This document shows positions 9,121 through 19,134 of a DNA stretch of 64,000 bases, one piece after another (positions within the stretch are counted from its first letter, which is position 1; every line of letters starts with the position of its first letter). This DNA is from an uncultured Acidobacteriota bacterium. Its GTDB lineage: Bacteria; Acidobacteriota; Thermoanaerobaculia; Gp7-AA8. The translations under genes and the position numbers were made by a program. The notes under the pieces were generated by a model. It was not told where the DNA came from and ran no database searches. It saw nothing but the letters and a program-made list of their open reading frames with translations. The DNA is taken from positions 160,001 to 224,000 of the forward strand of contig CAVUKB010000005.1 of NCBI GenBank assembly GCA_963741955.1, written 5' to 3'.

Positions 9121-10788
9121 TTACTTCGTGCTCCCGGTCGCGACCGGCGGTCCGCTCTTCCGCAGTGACATCGGAATCCACCAGTCGAACGGACCGGGAG
9201 ACCAGTAGAACAGTCCCAGTCCTCCTGCGATCTGAACGTTGCGCATCCGCCGGCTCACCGCCCACTTGTTGGTGACCTGCACCGTCCAGGTGTACGGCTC
9301 GTCCTGATGCAGGATCTGGTGGAGCCGGTGGTACAGCGCCTTTCTCTTGTTCATGTCGAGCTCACGCCTTGCCTCTTCCATGATCCGGTCCGCTTCTGGA
9401 TTGGAGTAGTAAACCCAGTTCTGGCCGTTGGGCGGAAACTGCGAGGAGTGGAACTGCGGATATGGATCCGGGTCGAGATCGTTGCTGAACGCCATGAAAG
9501 CGCCCTGATACTTTCCGGTAGTGAGCCGCTGCACGAGCGTCGGGAAATCGACCGTGGTGAGCCGGACCTCGATGCCTGCCTCCTGCAGTCCCTGCTGAAA
9601 AATCTGCGCCTGATCCTTCGACGCCTGATTCGTCAGGAGAAGCTCGAGCTCGAACTTCTTTCCGTCGCGGTCGAGGACTCCGTCTCCGTCATGGTCGGAC
9701 CACCCCGCCTGAGCGAGGAGGCTCTTCGCCCCTTCCGGGTCGTAACGGTATGGCTCCACGCCCGGGTCGTAGGCCCACTGATCCGGCGTGAACGGTCCGG
9801 TGATGATGCGCGCGGTGCCGTGATAGAGGTTGTTCACGATCGCGGCACGATCCAGGCACATCGTCAGCGCGCGGCGCACGCGTGCATCCGACAGGATCGG
9901 ATCGCGCTCGTTCCACGGAATGAAGTTGTACCCGAGCTGATAGAACCGGTGGATGTCGACGGTCCGCTGAACGCGCGGGTCGTCCTTTTCCAGGAGCCAC
10001 TGGTCGGACGTGATGCGCGTCTCGTCGATGTCGCCTTTCTTCATCGCGTTCCACGCGACAGTCTGATCGGCGATCACCCGGAAGACCACATTCTGGATGT
10101 ACGGCTTGTCCCCGGCGTAGTCGGTTCGTCGCGTGAGCAGGATCTGTTTGCCCGGCTCCCTTCGCACCAGCCGGTACGGTCCGTTCCCGATCACGCGGTC
10201 GTTGTAGTCCTGCTGGAAATTTCCCTTCTCGTAGACGTGCTTCGGGAGAATCGGAATGTCGAACGAGAGGATCTGACCGGCCCGGACGTCCTTGAATCCG
10301 ATCTGCGCGGTCCGGGCGTCGATCGCCTTCGTCTCGGCGGGATCGAGGTCGTCGAAGCTCGACGCGAGCTCGGACGAGAGGGTGGTCGGATCGACGATCT
10401 TCTCCACCGTCCACACCACATCCTCCGCGGTGACCGGAGTTCCGTCGCTGAACGTCGCGTCGGGATCGAGGTGGAACGTGTACAACTTTCCGTCGCTCGA
10501 GATGTCCCAGCTCTCGGCGAGGCCGGGGATCACACGGAGATTCTGGTCGATGTCCACCAGCCCGAGAAAGAGGTACGAGAGGACGTCTTTCTCATACGCG
10601 GAAGTCGTCAGTAACGGGTTGAGAGAATGGACATCACCTTCCAGGCGGCGATACACGGTGCCGCCGGGCTCGGGGACGGGGTTGGCGACGAGTCCGGGCT
10701 GGCTCCCGGACGCAACTTCGGATCGTCGGCAACTCCACATTGGGCAGAGTGCACCCACGACGAACAGGACCGCGATGAACCTTCTCAT
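9121..10788 (-). CDS. Peptide ABC transporter substrate-binding protein (family 5)
   Basis: Signal/lipoprotein N-terminus, PGLAESW..S.DG..YTFHL...FSDG.PVTA.DV, GNGPY. Confidence 0.92.
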   Translation of the reverse strand: MRRFIAVLFVVGALCPMWSCRRSEVASGSQPGLVANPVPEPGGTVYRRLEGDVHSLNPLLTTSAYEKDVLSYLFLGLVDIDQNLRVIPGLAESWDISSDGKLYTFHLDPDATFSDGTPVTAEDVVWTVEKIVDPTTLSSELASSFDDLDPAETKAIDARTAQIGFKDVRAGQILSFDIPILPKHVYEKGNFQQDYNDRVIGNGPYRLVRREPGKQILLTRRTDYAGDKPYIQNVVFRVIADQTVAWNAMKKGDIDETRITSDQWLLEKDDPRVQRTVDIHRFYQLGYNFIPWNERDPILSDARVRRALTMCLDRAAIVNNLYHGTARIITGPFTPDQWAYDPGVEPYRYDPEGAKSLLAQAGWSDHDGDGVLDRDGKKFELELLLTNQASKDQAQIFQQGLQEAGIEVRLTTVDFPTLVQRLTTGKYQGAFMAFSNDLDPDPYPQFHSSQFPPNGQNWVYYSNPEADRIMEEARRELDMNKRKALYHRLHQILHQDEPYTWTVQVTNKWAVSRRMRNVQIAGGLGLFYWSPGPFDWWIPMSLRKSGPPVATGSTK

Positions 10789-10952
10789 GCACCTCTCCCC
10801 ACACGGCGCGAGATCGCATACGACCTCACGCGCTCGATTCATCCCATTATAGAGGGACTCCCCTCGCATGGAAGGTCCAGGCGACAACGCGACGGTGGTC
10901 CCGAATGACGAACCACGAAGGGACCGGTCGTTCGGGACGAAGGAAGCACGTT

Positions 10953-13127
10953 CTACTTCGAGAGATCGATGGTGGTCGTGGTCACGTTGTATTGTCCGTC
11001 CATCGCGCGGACGATCACGAAGTGTCCCTGTACGTCCTCTCGCTTGATTCGGAACGTCTCGTGATTCGAATCGGCGATTCCGTCCTCCGGTACCAGCCGC
11101 ATCCATTTGTGCGCGTCGACCGACCAATCCACCTTCGTGATGGGTGAGAGTGCGTCCGAGATCTCCACGGTCACCGAATCACGACTCGGCTGAACGGCGA
11201 CCACCGGAGGGGTGTTGTCGATGAGCATGGTCAGCCCTTCCCGGCTCGATTTCAGCGGATTCTCGGCGTTACTCCGCGCATCCGACGCCGTGAGCTGAAG
11301 TTCATAGATGCCGTCCGGGAGCTGCGATCCGTCGAAATTGAATTGTGTCCCGTCGATGTCGTCGTGGAGGCGGAGCCACTTGTCGGAGCCCTTCCGGCGG
11401 AACTCGAGCGAGTACCGGACATCGTCACCGTTCTCATCGTGTCCTGACCAGGAGATGGTGCGAAATCCCTTCCGGAAGTACTTCTTTCCCGGCTGATCGT
11501 TTTTCGGCTGCGGCGAATCCACCGAGGTGAAGATCCCGTGCTCGTCGGGATTGGTGGCCTCGATCACCTGCGGCGGCGCGGGAAAGTTCGAGCTGATGAA
11601 GATCACTCCCGGATCCTGCACCTGGACCGCATCGATCACCGGAGCGACGTTGCGGTTCACGTACGCTGCGGTCATGTCGTCGACCACCATCCCCGGATGA
11701 TCTCCGGTACCGCTGATCTTCCACTGGAGGAATCGCGCCGCGGGAGCGGAGACCGTCCCGTCCGGAGCCTTCCCCGCCGGAATCCATTCGCTCCAGGTGT
11801 CGTCCGGAGAGCTGGTGTTCCCGCTCCGGAACGCCACCTCGTAACCACCGGACGAAAGCCCTGACCCCTCGAGGTGATAGTGACCGAAACGCGAGTAGCG
11901 CGCGGTATCCTTGACTGGAGAGCGGTACTCCCACTTCCCGCCAGTGCTGTCGGAGAGCCTGTAGACCGCGCCGCCGTTGGTCGTGGTGACCACCAGCCCC
12001 TTCCCTTCGTTGCGTGCCGAGACGACCTGCTTGTCGGGCACCGTACCGGCGAGCGCAAGTGTCCCGTTCTTCCATTCGTAGATCCGTCCCTGCGGGCCGG
12101 TGGAAAGATAGATCCCCCCGTCCGGAGCGGCGCCGATACCGTAGATCAGCTGATGATCGAACTTCCGCACGGTCTGCACGAATCCGTCCGAGTCGATCCG
12201 GTAGAGCTCCGCGCTCCCCGAGGGCTCGGGCGTGTTGGTGGAGCTCGATGACGGCTCGAACGAGAGCGAGACATCGACCGATCCGGACGGTTCCTGCTGA
12301 TTGGCCGACGTGTCGTTCTTCGAAGTGGCGGTCGCGTGGACTGCCTGGTTCGCCTGCGGTTTCGGAACGGCCGTGGGAAGGACGTTCGACACTCCCGCGG
12401 CCCACGTGGTACCGGTTCTCGAGTCGTACCAGATGGCGGGAATCTCGTTGAATCCCGAATCGTACAGAGCGCGCGCTCTCTTTCCCGGATTCACCTCGTA
12501 GATCCGACCCTCACCCGAGCCGCCGACCAGGATCGTCCCGTCCTTCCGGACTGCGATCGAACGGAGATGCGTCTCCGGCGCTTCGAACAGTACGGTCGCA
12601 TTTCCGCTCCGGTCGACCCGGTAGAGTCGCCCCTGAATACCGGTCGCGACGACCAGGCTCCCATCCTGAAGCGGCTCGATCGCCCAGATGTACCCCTGCT
12701 TCGGATCGAACAGCTCCGTGCTCTTCCCGCTCTCCGGGTCGATCCGATACACCTTTCCGTTCGGCGAGCTCCCGACGTAGAGCGCACCATTCGCGTACGC
12801 AAGAGCGTAGACCTCCGGCTCCGGTGCGGTGAAGAGGAGCGTCGTCTTTCCGTCCTTCAGACGGTAGACGTGACCCTCGTTTCCTGTTCCGAAGTACATC
12901 GCTCCGCCCGGCCCGGCGGCCTGGGCGAACACGAAAGGATCGTTGAACGAGGCGAGCTTGTCGATGGCGGGGCCCGGGATGAGATGACCCTCCGCGGTCA
13001 CCGTCATTCCTTCGATCTCACCACCGAGAAGCTCGTCGGCGCTGCCGACGCTCCAGAACTGGGGCGTCACGGCAAAGGCGGTCGTTCCGAACAGAGCGAG
13101 TACCAGACTGCAGAGCAGTTTCATCAT
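10953..13127 (-). CDS. Secreted beta-propeller protein with C-terminal FN3/Ig-like domains
   Basis: Signal peptide; repeated 'GT/S..GxVYR' blades; 'ISW...DENGD...Y', 'LPDGIYEL...ASD', 'IDNTPP'. Confidence 0.75.
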   Translation of the reverse strand: MMKLLCSLVLALFGTTAFAVTPQFWSVGSADELLGGEIEGMTVTAEGHLIPGPAIDKLASFNDPFVFAQAAGPGGAMYFGTGNEGHVYRLKDGKTTLLFTAPEPEVYALAYANGALYVGSSPNGKVYRIDPESGKSTELFDPKQGYIWAIEPLQDGSLVVATGIQGRLYRVDRSGNATVLFEAPETHLRSIAVRKDGTILVGGSGEGRIYEVNPGKRARALYDSGFNEIPAIWYDSRTGTTWAAGVSNVLPTAVPKPQANQAVHATATSKNDTSANQQEPSGSVDVSLSFEPSSSSTNTPEPSGSAELYRIDSDGFVQTVRKFDHQLIYGIGAAPDGGIYLSTGPQGRIYEWKNGTLALAGTVPDKQVVSARNEGKGLVVTTTNGGAVYRLSDSTGGKWEYRSPVKDTARYSRFGHYHLEGSGLSSGGYEVAFRSGNTSSPDDTWSEWIPAGKAPDGTVSAPAARFLQWKISGTGDHPGMVVDDMTAAYVNRNVAPVIDAVQVQDPGVIFISSNFPAPPQVIEATNPDEHGIFTSVDSPQPKNDQPGKKYFRKGFRTISWSGHDENGDDVRYSLEFRRKGSDKWLRLHDDIDGTQFNFDGSQLPDGIYELQLTASDARSNAENPLKSSREGLTMLIDNTPPVVAVQPSRDSVTVEISDALSPITKVDWSVDAHKWMRLVPEDGIADSNHETFRIKREDVQGHFVIVRAMDGQYNVTTTTIDLSK

Positions 13128-13229
13128 CACCTCTTCGTTTTGGATTCCGGATGAGCGCAACAGGCGCGCGATAAATGCACGGCTCCTGATACCGAATCGG
13201 ACTGGTGCGGTGTTTCATGAAACACGACA

Positions 13230-15041
13230 CTAGAGCCGTGGAGTGATGTCGAGATCGATCTTCAGGGCGCCTTCCACGATGTAGTCCAGCGGCCGGACCA
13301 GAGTGTCAGGCGCGTGGTACTTCACCGGAGCGGTCGCCGAGTTCGTGGAGTCCGAGCTCACCACCGCCTGAACCGACGGAGGAAGCTCAGGGAGGTAGAC
13401 ACCGGCCATCACCGCACCCTGCGAGGACGAGTAGAGTCCGACCGTCAGATCCGTCGATGCACGGAGCCGCTCGACCACTCCGATCACCTGAGCGAGCGTG
13501 CGGGGATCCGGCGGAACGAGCGAGAAGCTCAGCTGGTTCGCCGCCGAACCGCTCCCGACGAAGAGATACGCTTTCCCCGGCTTCTGCCCTTCGGGAATCT
13601 TCACCTCGAACGTCTCGACGAACGACTCTCCGCGATACGGCCGGAGGACCGTCCGCACCGCGACGGTATCTCCCGGATGGACTTCGCCGCTCTTCGGGGT
13701 CTCGACCGACGCTTCGATCAACCGCGCGGTCTTGACCTTGTCGTCGTGATGGAGCTTCAGATCGACGCTTCGGATCGTCGCGTCGCCGAATTCGTTCGAA
13801 AGAAGATAGCTCGATACCACCGCGAGATACGCCGGGATCGACTGCCGGGCTTTGTCGCCGGCCCATCCTTCGCGGAGGTGGATCGGGGCGAAGCCCTCCA
13901 CGTCGATGTCCGAGTCGAGGATCACCGTCCGCTCGCCCGCTCCCTTCTGGGTGTTCGCAACCACGCTGTCGCACGCCATGGCCAGAAGGACGGGGAAGAG
14001 CTGCGGATCACGAACTGCCTTGAAGTGGTACGTGTGCGGTGCGGAAGAGCCATTCACCGTGATGGTGACGGGGATCATGTCGTCTTTGGCTCCGAGCTCG
14101 CCGAGAATTCCTGCCGCACGATCCTGCCGGAGCGTACCGATGATCGCACCGGTGTTCGAGAACTTGAACGAGCGCGCGACGTTCGGAAGGACACCGAGGA
14201 TCTCCGCCTTCGCCATCGGGAAACTGACGTCGCCCATGTCGAGGAAAGGATGTCCGAATGCATAGACCTTGTCGCCGTCGACGTAGCTGACCGTCCCGGT
14301 CGCCGCGACGGAGAAGTCTCCATCGATCAGCACTCCCGCGATCGGGTCGCCCGGCTGGAACCGCCGCGAATCGTCGCCTGCTGCCGTCGATCCATCGCCG
14401 TTTGCACTTCCGCTCACCACCGGCATCAGGCCGTTCGCTTCGAGGATCCCGCCGAACCGGTCGATGGTGTCACTCGAGAAACTGGAGAAGGAGACCGGGA
14501 TGGAGATCGGCAGCGCACCGGAGAAGGCGGCGGCCGGCGAGCGCCGCAGCGGGCCGAGCAGCTTCTGGAAGGCGGGGCCGAAGTCACCGCTCGAGAACGA
14601 CTGCATCAGCATCGCGGTCGTCACGGGGGTCGCCGGACCTGCAGGCTTACCCGTGAACTGCCCCTTTCCGATCGCGAGCATGTCCTCGATCGGAGTGATC
14701 CCGGCGATCGGTTCCTTCGCGAATTGCCAGGAGTACGCGAGCGCGCCGATGACCTTCCCGTCGATGTAGATCGGAGATCCGCTCATCCCCGCGATCACCC
14801 CGGCGCGACGGATCATGTCCGAGTCCACCCTGGCCAGAATCAGGTTCTGGTCGGGACCGACATTGTGCATCACACCGAGGATCTCGACGTCGAATCGCTG
14901 AACGTTCGTTCCGTCGAACACCGTCAGGCCGTAGCCCTTCATCCCCTTCTTCACCTGGGAGAGCGGAAGGATCTCCGCGGTGGCGAGGAGGGGCGCGAGA
15001 ATCAGGAGTACCGTGGTCAGGGTGAGCGCGATTTTTCTCAT
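13230..15041 (-). CDS. SpoIVB-like peptidase S55 domain secreted protein
   Basis: Signal peptide; GMKGYGLTV, AGMSGSPIYIDGKVIGAL, AFGHPF. Confidence 0.85.
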   Translation of the reverse strand: MRKIALTLTTVLLILAPLLATAEILPLSQVKKGMKGYGLTVFDGTNVQRFDVEILGVMHNVGPDQNLILARVDSDMIRRAGVIAGMSGSPIYIDGKVIGALAYSWQFAKEPIAGITPIEDMLAIGKGQFTGKPAGPATPVTTAMLMQSFSSGDFGPAFQKLLGPLRRSPAAAFSGALPISIPVSFSSFSSDTIDRFGGILEANGLMPVVSGSANGDGSTAAGDDSRRFQPGDPIAGVLIDGDFSVAATGTVSYVDGDKVYAFGHPFLDMGDVSFPMAKAEILGVLPNVARSFKFSNTGAIIGTLRQDRAAGILGELGAKDDMIPVTITVNGSSAPHTYHFKAVRDPQLFPVLLAMACDSVVANTQKGAGERTVILDSDIDVEGFAPIHLREGWAGDKARQSIPAYLAVVSSYLLSNEFGDATIRSVDLKLHHDDKVKTARLIEASVETPKSGEVHPGDTVAVRTVLRPYRGESFVETFEVKIPEGQKPGKAYLFVGSGSAANQLSFSLVPPDPRTLAQVIGVVERLRASTDLTVGLYSSSQGAVMAGVYLPELPPSVQAVVSSDSTNSATAPVKYHAPDTLVRPLDYIVEGALKIDLDITPRL

Positions 15042-15225
15042 GAGTGCTGCTCGTCTGAACAAAGGCGCGAATCGTTCAAATTTCGGGCGACGGCGTTTCG
15101 AGCACTCTTTGCCACCGTGTTTCCCAATTCCTCGCATCTGGTTGCGGGCGCCGACAGCTCGGATGCGAACCGCCCGCTCCCCGACCTTGCACCGCTAGCG
15201 CCACCAACCGGATGGGAGGCTTTAG

Positions 15226-15403
15226 CCCGCATTTCTCACACCATCTCTGCTGCGGAGCCGGATAGCGGCCTGTCTGCTGCGTTGAGCCCCTCTTCGGCTC
15301 CTCGACATAGTCACCGCTATGCCTTCGTCGCCGAAGCGAGGCGCGCCTTGCATCCAGGCCGCTCTCCGCCTCCTCCGCGACGAGATGGTGTGAGAAATGC
15401 GGG
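15226..15403. mobile_element. MITE-like element, family A
   Basis: Perfect 22-bp terminal inverted repeat CCCGCATTTCTCACACCATCTC/GAGATGGTGTGAGAAATGCGGG flanked on both sides by TTAG; related sequence at 30337-30444. Confidence 0.75.
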
Positions 15404-15407
15404 TTAG

Positions 15408-15563
15408 GAGTCTTCCCAGTAGAAACTGTCCTACTGCGAAAGCGGATCAGCGGTCCAAGTCCGCCCGGATTTTCGGCGAGTAGCCACCGCCACGCACCTC
15501 GAATCCGAACGAATCTGGCTGCTCCGCTTTCTCGCTACGGACGTTTCTACCCGTGAAGAGTCC
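15408..15563. mobile_element. MITE-like element, family B (degenerate copy)
   Basis: Homologous to 31651-31809 (GTAGAAACTGTC..CTGCGAAAGCGGATC...GCTACGGACGTTTCTAC). Confidence 0.7.
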
Positions 15564-15631
15564 GGGTCAGGAAACACGACACCGGGCACCGGAATGCGAT
15601 GCTGCACCACTCGTGTCGCCGTCTTCCTCCG

Positions 15632-16750
15632 TTATTCGACCACGTCGCCGGCGCGGACGAATCGGTAGCCGCGACGCTCCAGCTTCGGCAACTCTCTTTG
15701 AAGGATCCGTACCGTCAGCGGATGTACGTGCCCGATTCCGATGGCCACCCCATCTGCGTCGGCGACCGACGCGAGCTCGTTGAGCTGGCGGACGATGGCC
15801 GCTTCGTTCTGATCCGCGTCGAGAAAGACGTCCCGCGCCGCGGTCGGAACATTCATCTCACGGGCGATCGGCTCGACCACCGAGCGAGGTGACGTTCGCG
15901 AGTCGATGAAGAACGCCCCGGCTCGAAGCATCGCCGCCATGACATCGCGAACCACGCGCGGATCCGACGTCGCCTTCGACCCCATGTGATTGTTCGCGCC
16001 GGCAGCGAACGGTACGAGGCGGTAATCGTCGAAGGCCGTCCTGCGGATCTCCTCGTCCGACATGCTCGTCAGAATCGCCTCCCCTCCCGGAGAGATCCGC
16101 GGATATTTCTCCGGTTCCATCGGCAGATGACAGAGCACCTGGAATCCTCGGGCGTTCGCCAGTCGAGCGGCCTCGGCGGCATTCGGAGCGTTCGGGAGGA
16201 CGGAAATGTTCAGAAGCGCATGGATGGTGAGCGCGTCCCGCAGGGTTTCGTTGTCGTAGCCGGCGTCGTCGAGAATCAGAGCAATCCGTGGCTCGTCCCC
16301 GCTCTCCACGAGTCCCGCTCCCGAATCGACCGTACGCAGCGGAAGCACCCGCAGGAGATCGTCGCCCGCTGCAGTCCTGATGCGGATCAGAGCTCCGCGA
16401 CGGGAAATGACGGCACCCGGATTCTGAGCTTCGATCTTCGCGGCGACCGTTTTCGCGGGGTCGATCGTTTCGATGGTGGCCCTCCGTCCGTGCCGGGTCA
16501 GACGGCTCGTGTCGACGCCGGCCGTGCGGAGCATCGTTTCGAGCGTCGCCTCGCTTCGCGGGGATGGAGTCCGCTCTGATTGTCGAGGAGCAGACGGATG
16601 CGATGCGAAGAACGACCAGGCCAGCCACCCCAGGATCGCGAGCAGCGGAAGGGCGATCCAGAAATAGAAGAGCGGAGAGACCCGCCGGGAGCGTCGCACG
16701 ATCCTGCGGCGTCCCCCTCGTCCCGTCCCCCCGCTCGGCGTCGGCATCAC
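15632..16750 (-). CDS. Divergent polysaccharide deacetylase (YibQ-like)
   Basis: IALILDDAG, HLPMEP, NNHMGS, FIDSRT, RDVFLD, IGIGH; N-terminal TM. Confidence 0.9.
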   Translation of the reverse strand: MMPTPSGGTGRGGRRRIVRRSRRVSPLFYFWIALPLLAILGWLAWSFFASHPSAPRQSERTPSPRSEATLETMLRTAGVDTSRLTRHGRRATIETIDPAKTVAAKIEAQNPGAVISRRGALIRIRTAAGDDLLRVLPLRTVDSGAGLVESGDEPRIALILDDAGYDNETLRDALTIHALLNISVLPNAPNAAEAARLANARGFQVLCHLPMEPEKYPRISPGGEAILTSMSDEEIRRTAFDDYRLVPFAAGANNHMGSKATSDPRVVRDVMAAMLRAGAFFIDSRTSPRSVVEPIAREMNVPTAARDVFLDADQNEAAIVRQLNELASVADADGVAIGIGHVHPLTVRILQRELPKLERRGYRFVRAGDVVE

Positions 16751-17937
16751 GCAGCTTTATCGAGGACCGTCTCGCTCTCCCCGAAGAGGCCGAGCGCCTT
16801 CTCGAGGATCAGGTCCTCCTGCTTCGCCTTCTCCTCACCGTTTTCCTTCTGGATTGCGAGCATCGCAAGGTCGACGTTCACGTCCGGACGCAGTCCCTGC
16901 GAATCGATCGGCTTCAGGTCGGGGGAGGTGTAGTGCCCGATGGTCAAGTCGAGCGCACCGCCCGACGGGAGCGCCACGACCTTCTGATAGATCGCCTTTC
17001 CGAACGTGGTCACACCGACGCTCTTCGCTCGCCCGTTTCCCGTCAGTGCCGCAGTGAAGACTTCGGCGGCATCGGCAGTCGATCGATCGGTCAGCACCTC
17101 GATATCACCGGAGAAGCCGACGGCCGGGTCCGCCTGCCACCTCTTCGCGTCGACGCGCCGTCCCTCGAGTGAGGTGATCACGCCTTTGGAGAGAAGCTCG
17201 TCGGCGGTTGCGATGGCGTCGTCGACTTCGGCCGATGCGTTGCCGCGGACGTCGACGATCAGCTGCTTCTTTCCGTTCGCGTTCACGTCGACGAGAAGCT
17301 TCGTCACCTGGGCCGGGGTCTCCCGCGTGAAGTACGGGATCCTGATGTACGCGACGTTGCCGTACATGGTGAGTGAGGGAGGAGTGGGGATGTAGCTCTT
17401 CGCATGCACCTCCACCTCGCTGCGATTGCTCATTCCGGCATGAATGATGGTCAGCTTCAAGGTCGATCCGGGCTGGACCTGCAGACCCTGCCGGATCTGC
17501 CAGACCGCCATCGGCTGGGTGGGCTGGCCGTTGATCTTCTCGATGAAATCTCCCGTCTCGATCCCCGCCTCGTCGGCCGGAGATCCGGGGATCGGCGCGA
17601 TCACGTAAGCAAAGCCGAACCGCTTGGTGGCCACCAGTCCGACGTTTCGAAGATCGTTGTCGACGAAGGTTCGGAACCGCGGCATGTCGGCCGGCGGAAC
17701 GTAGAAGCTGAACTCATCGATCGCGTCGGTGACGCCTTTGAATGCGCCGTCGACCAGTTGATCGGAGGGAACTGCTTCCACGTAATTGCTGCGGACCAGC
17801 GAGAAAACTTCGGTGAACGTGCTCAGGTACCGATAGATACCGTCTTTCTGCAGCGGCTCACCAAAAACGCCGACTGCGAGAAGCAGCACCATCGCGGTGA
17901 CCGAGACGACCAGAAATGCGATTTTCCTGAAATTCAT
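16747..17937 (-). CDS. S41 (CtpA-like) PDZ peptidase homologue, possibly catalytically inactive
   Basis: PDZ 'PGSPADEAGI..GD.I', AYIRI..F, TFGK, G.RPDV; catalytic motif reads TADAAE. Confidence 0.85.
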   Translation of the reverse strand: MNFRKIAFLVVSVTAMVLLLAVGVFGEPLQKDGIYRYLSTFTEVFSLVRSNYVEAVPSDQLVDGAFKGVTDAIDEFSFYVPPADMPRFRTFVDNDLRNVGLVATKRFGFAYVIAPIPGSPADEAGIETGDFIEKINGQPTQPMAVWQIRQGLQVQPGSTLKLTIIHAGMSNRSEVEVHAKSYIPTPPSLTMYGNVAYIRIPYFTRETPAQVTKLLVDVNANGKKQLIVDVRGNASAEVDDAIATADELLSKGVITSLEGRRVDAKRWQADPAVGFSGDIEVLTDRSTADAAEVFTAALTGNGRAKSVGVTTFGKAIYQKVVALPSGGALDLTIGHYTSPDLKPIDSQGLRPDVNVDLAMLAIQKENGEEKAKQEDLILEKALGLFGESETVLDKAA

Positions 17938-17946
17938 GAACGCTCC

Positions 17947-19134
17947 TCAGCGAAGCCACTTCTCCGGGTCCGCCGGCTGATTCCGGTCGCGGATCTCGAA
18001 GTAAAGAGTACTCGGGGCATCTCCCTCGCCTTCGGCTACCTCGCCGATCACCTCTCCCGTGTGAACCTGCCGGCCGACCGAAACCTTCGTGTTTTTCGTG
18101 TTGCCGTAAAGCGAAAAAACGCGATCGCCATGGTCTACGACGATGAGATTCCCGTACCCTTTGAACCACTGGGAGAACAAAACTGTTCCCTCGAAGACCA
18201 CGTGGATCGGAGTCCCGGGAGGGGCGGCGATCTTCAGACCGTTGTTCGAAGTCACGGTCGCGAAACGGGGATCGCGCTGTCGGCCGAAGTGCTCGAGCAC
18301 CTCTCCCTGAACCGGCCATTCGAGCGCTCCCTTGAACTCGTCGATCGTGGCCGGCGAAGGAGATTCGCTCGAGCGGCTCCCGTACAGATAGGCGAACAGT
18401 TTCTCCAGGCGCCTCGCCTTCTCCTGCAGCTCGGCGAGTCGTCTCGCCGAGTCGGTCGATTCGGCGCGCAGCCTTTCGAGGAGGCTCGCCTTCTGCCGTC
18501 GCGATCTTTCCATCTGTTCGCGCTGCCGGGCCACCAGTTGCTGCACGACCTGCACGCTCCGGCTCTTTTCCGCCAGAGCGCTCCTCTCCTCCAGAAGGCG
18601 TCGCCGTGTCGATTGGAATTCCGTCACCGTCGCAGCGTCGCGTGCGATCAGATACCGGAGCATCTGCACCGCTTCGATCGGGTCCTGTTTCGTGTCGAGC
18701 GACAGAAGCATCCGGAGATAGCTCATCGGACCAAGCCGGTAGAGGGCGTCGAGTCTGTGCGCGAGATAACGCTTCTGCTGCTCCAGTCGCGGAGAGAGGG
18801 ATGCGATCTTCGATTCGATCCCCGCCTTCTCCGTTTCCACTTCCTGCTGCGCGTCGACCGCGAGGTTCAACTGCCGGGTATGGACGGCGAGCTCGAGCTC
18901 GATCTGCTCGAGCTCCTGCTCGACGCTCCGGGCGCGTGTGCGGACATGCGTCAGACTCTGGCGGAGCTTTTCGATCTCCTTCTGAACCCGGTCGATCGCC
19001 GGGTCGGGAGCATGAGAGGCATTCTCGCCTTGCGCAGTGCCCGACAGCAGCAGAGCGAGCGAGGTCGCGACGATTCCGGCGACACGAACCGGAACGGCCA
19101 TTCCGCGCCGGCCTCTTCGGAGGTGGAGGATCAT
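17947..19134 (-). CDS. envC: Murein hydrolase activator EnvC (coiled coil + degenerate M23)
   Basis: Long coiled coil; WPVQG, NNGLKI, GYGNLIVVDHG, SLYGN, LYFEIR; envC-ctpA-yibQ synteny. Confidence 0.85.
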   Translation of the reverse strand: MILHLRRGRRGMAVPVRVAGIVATSLALLLSGTAQGENASHAPDPAIDRVQKEIEKLRQSLTHVRTRARSVEQELEQIELELAVHTRQLNLAVDAQQEVETEKAGIESKIASLSPRLEQQKRYLAHRLDALYRLGPMSYLRMLLSLDTKQDPIEAVQMLRYLIARDAATVTEFQSTRRRLLEERSALAEKSRSVQVVQQLVARQREQMERSRRQKASLLERLRAESTDSARRLAELQEKARRLEKLFAYLYGSRSSESPSPATIDEFKGALEWPVQGEVLEHFGRQRDPRFATVTSNNGLKIAAPPGTPIHVVFEGTVLFSQWFKGYGNLIVVDHGDRVFSLYGNTKNTKVSVGRQVHTGEVIGEVAEGEGDAPSTLYFEIRDRNQPADPEKWLR

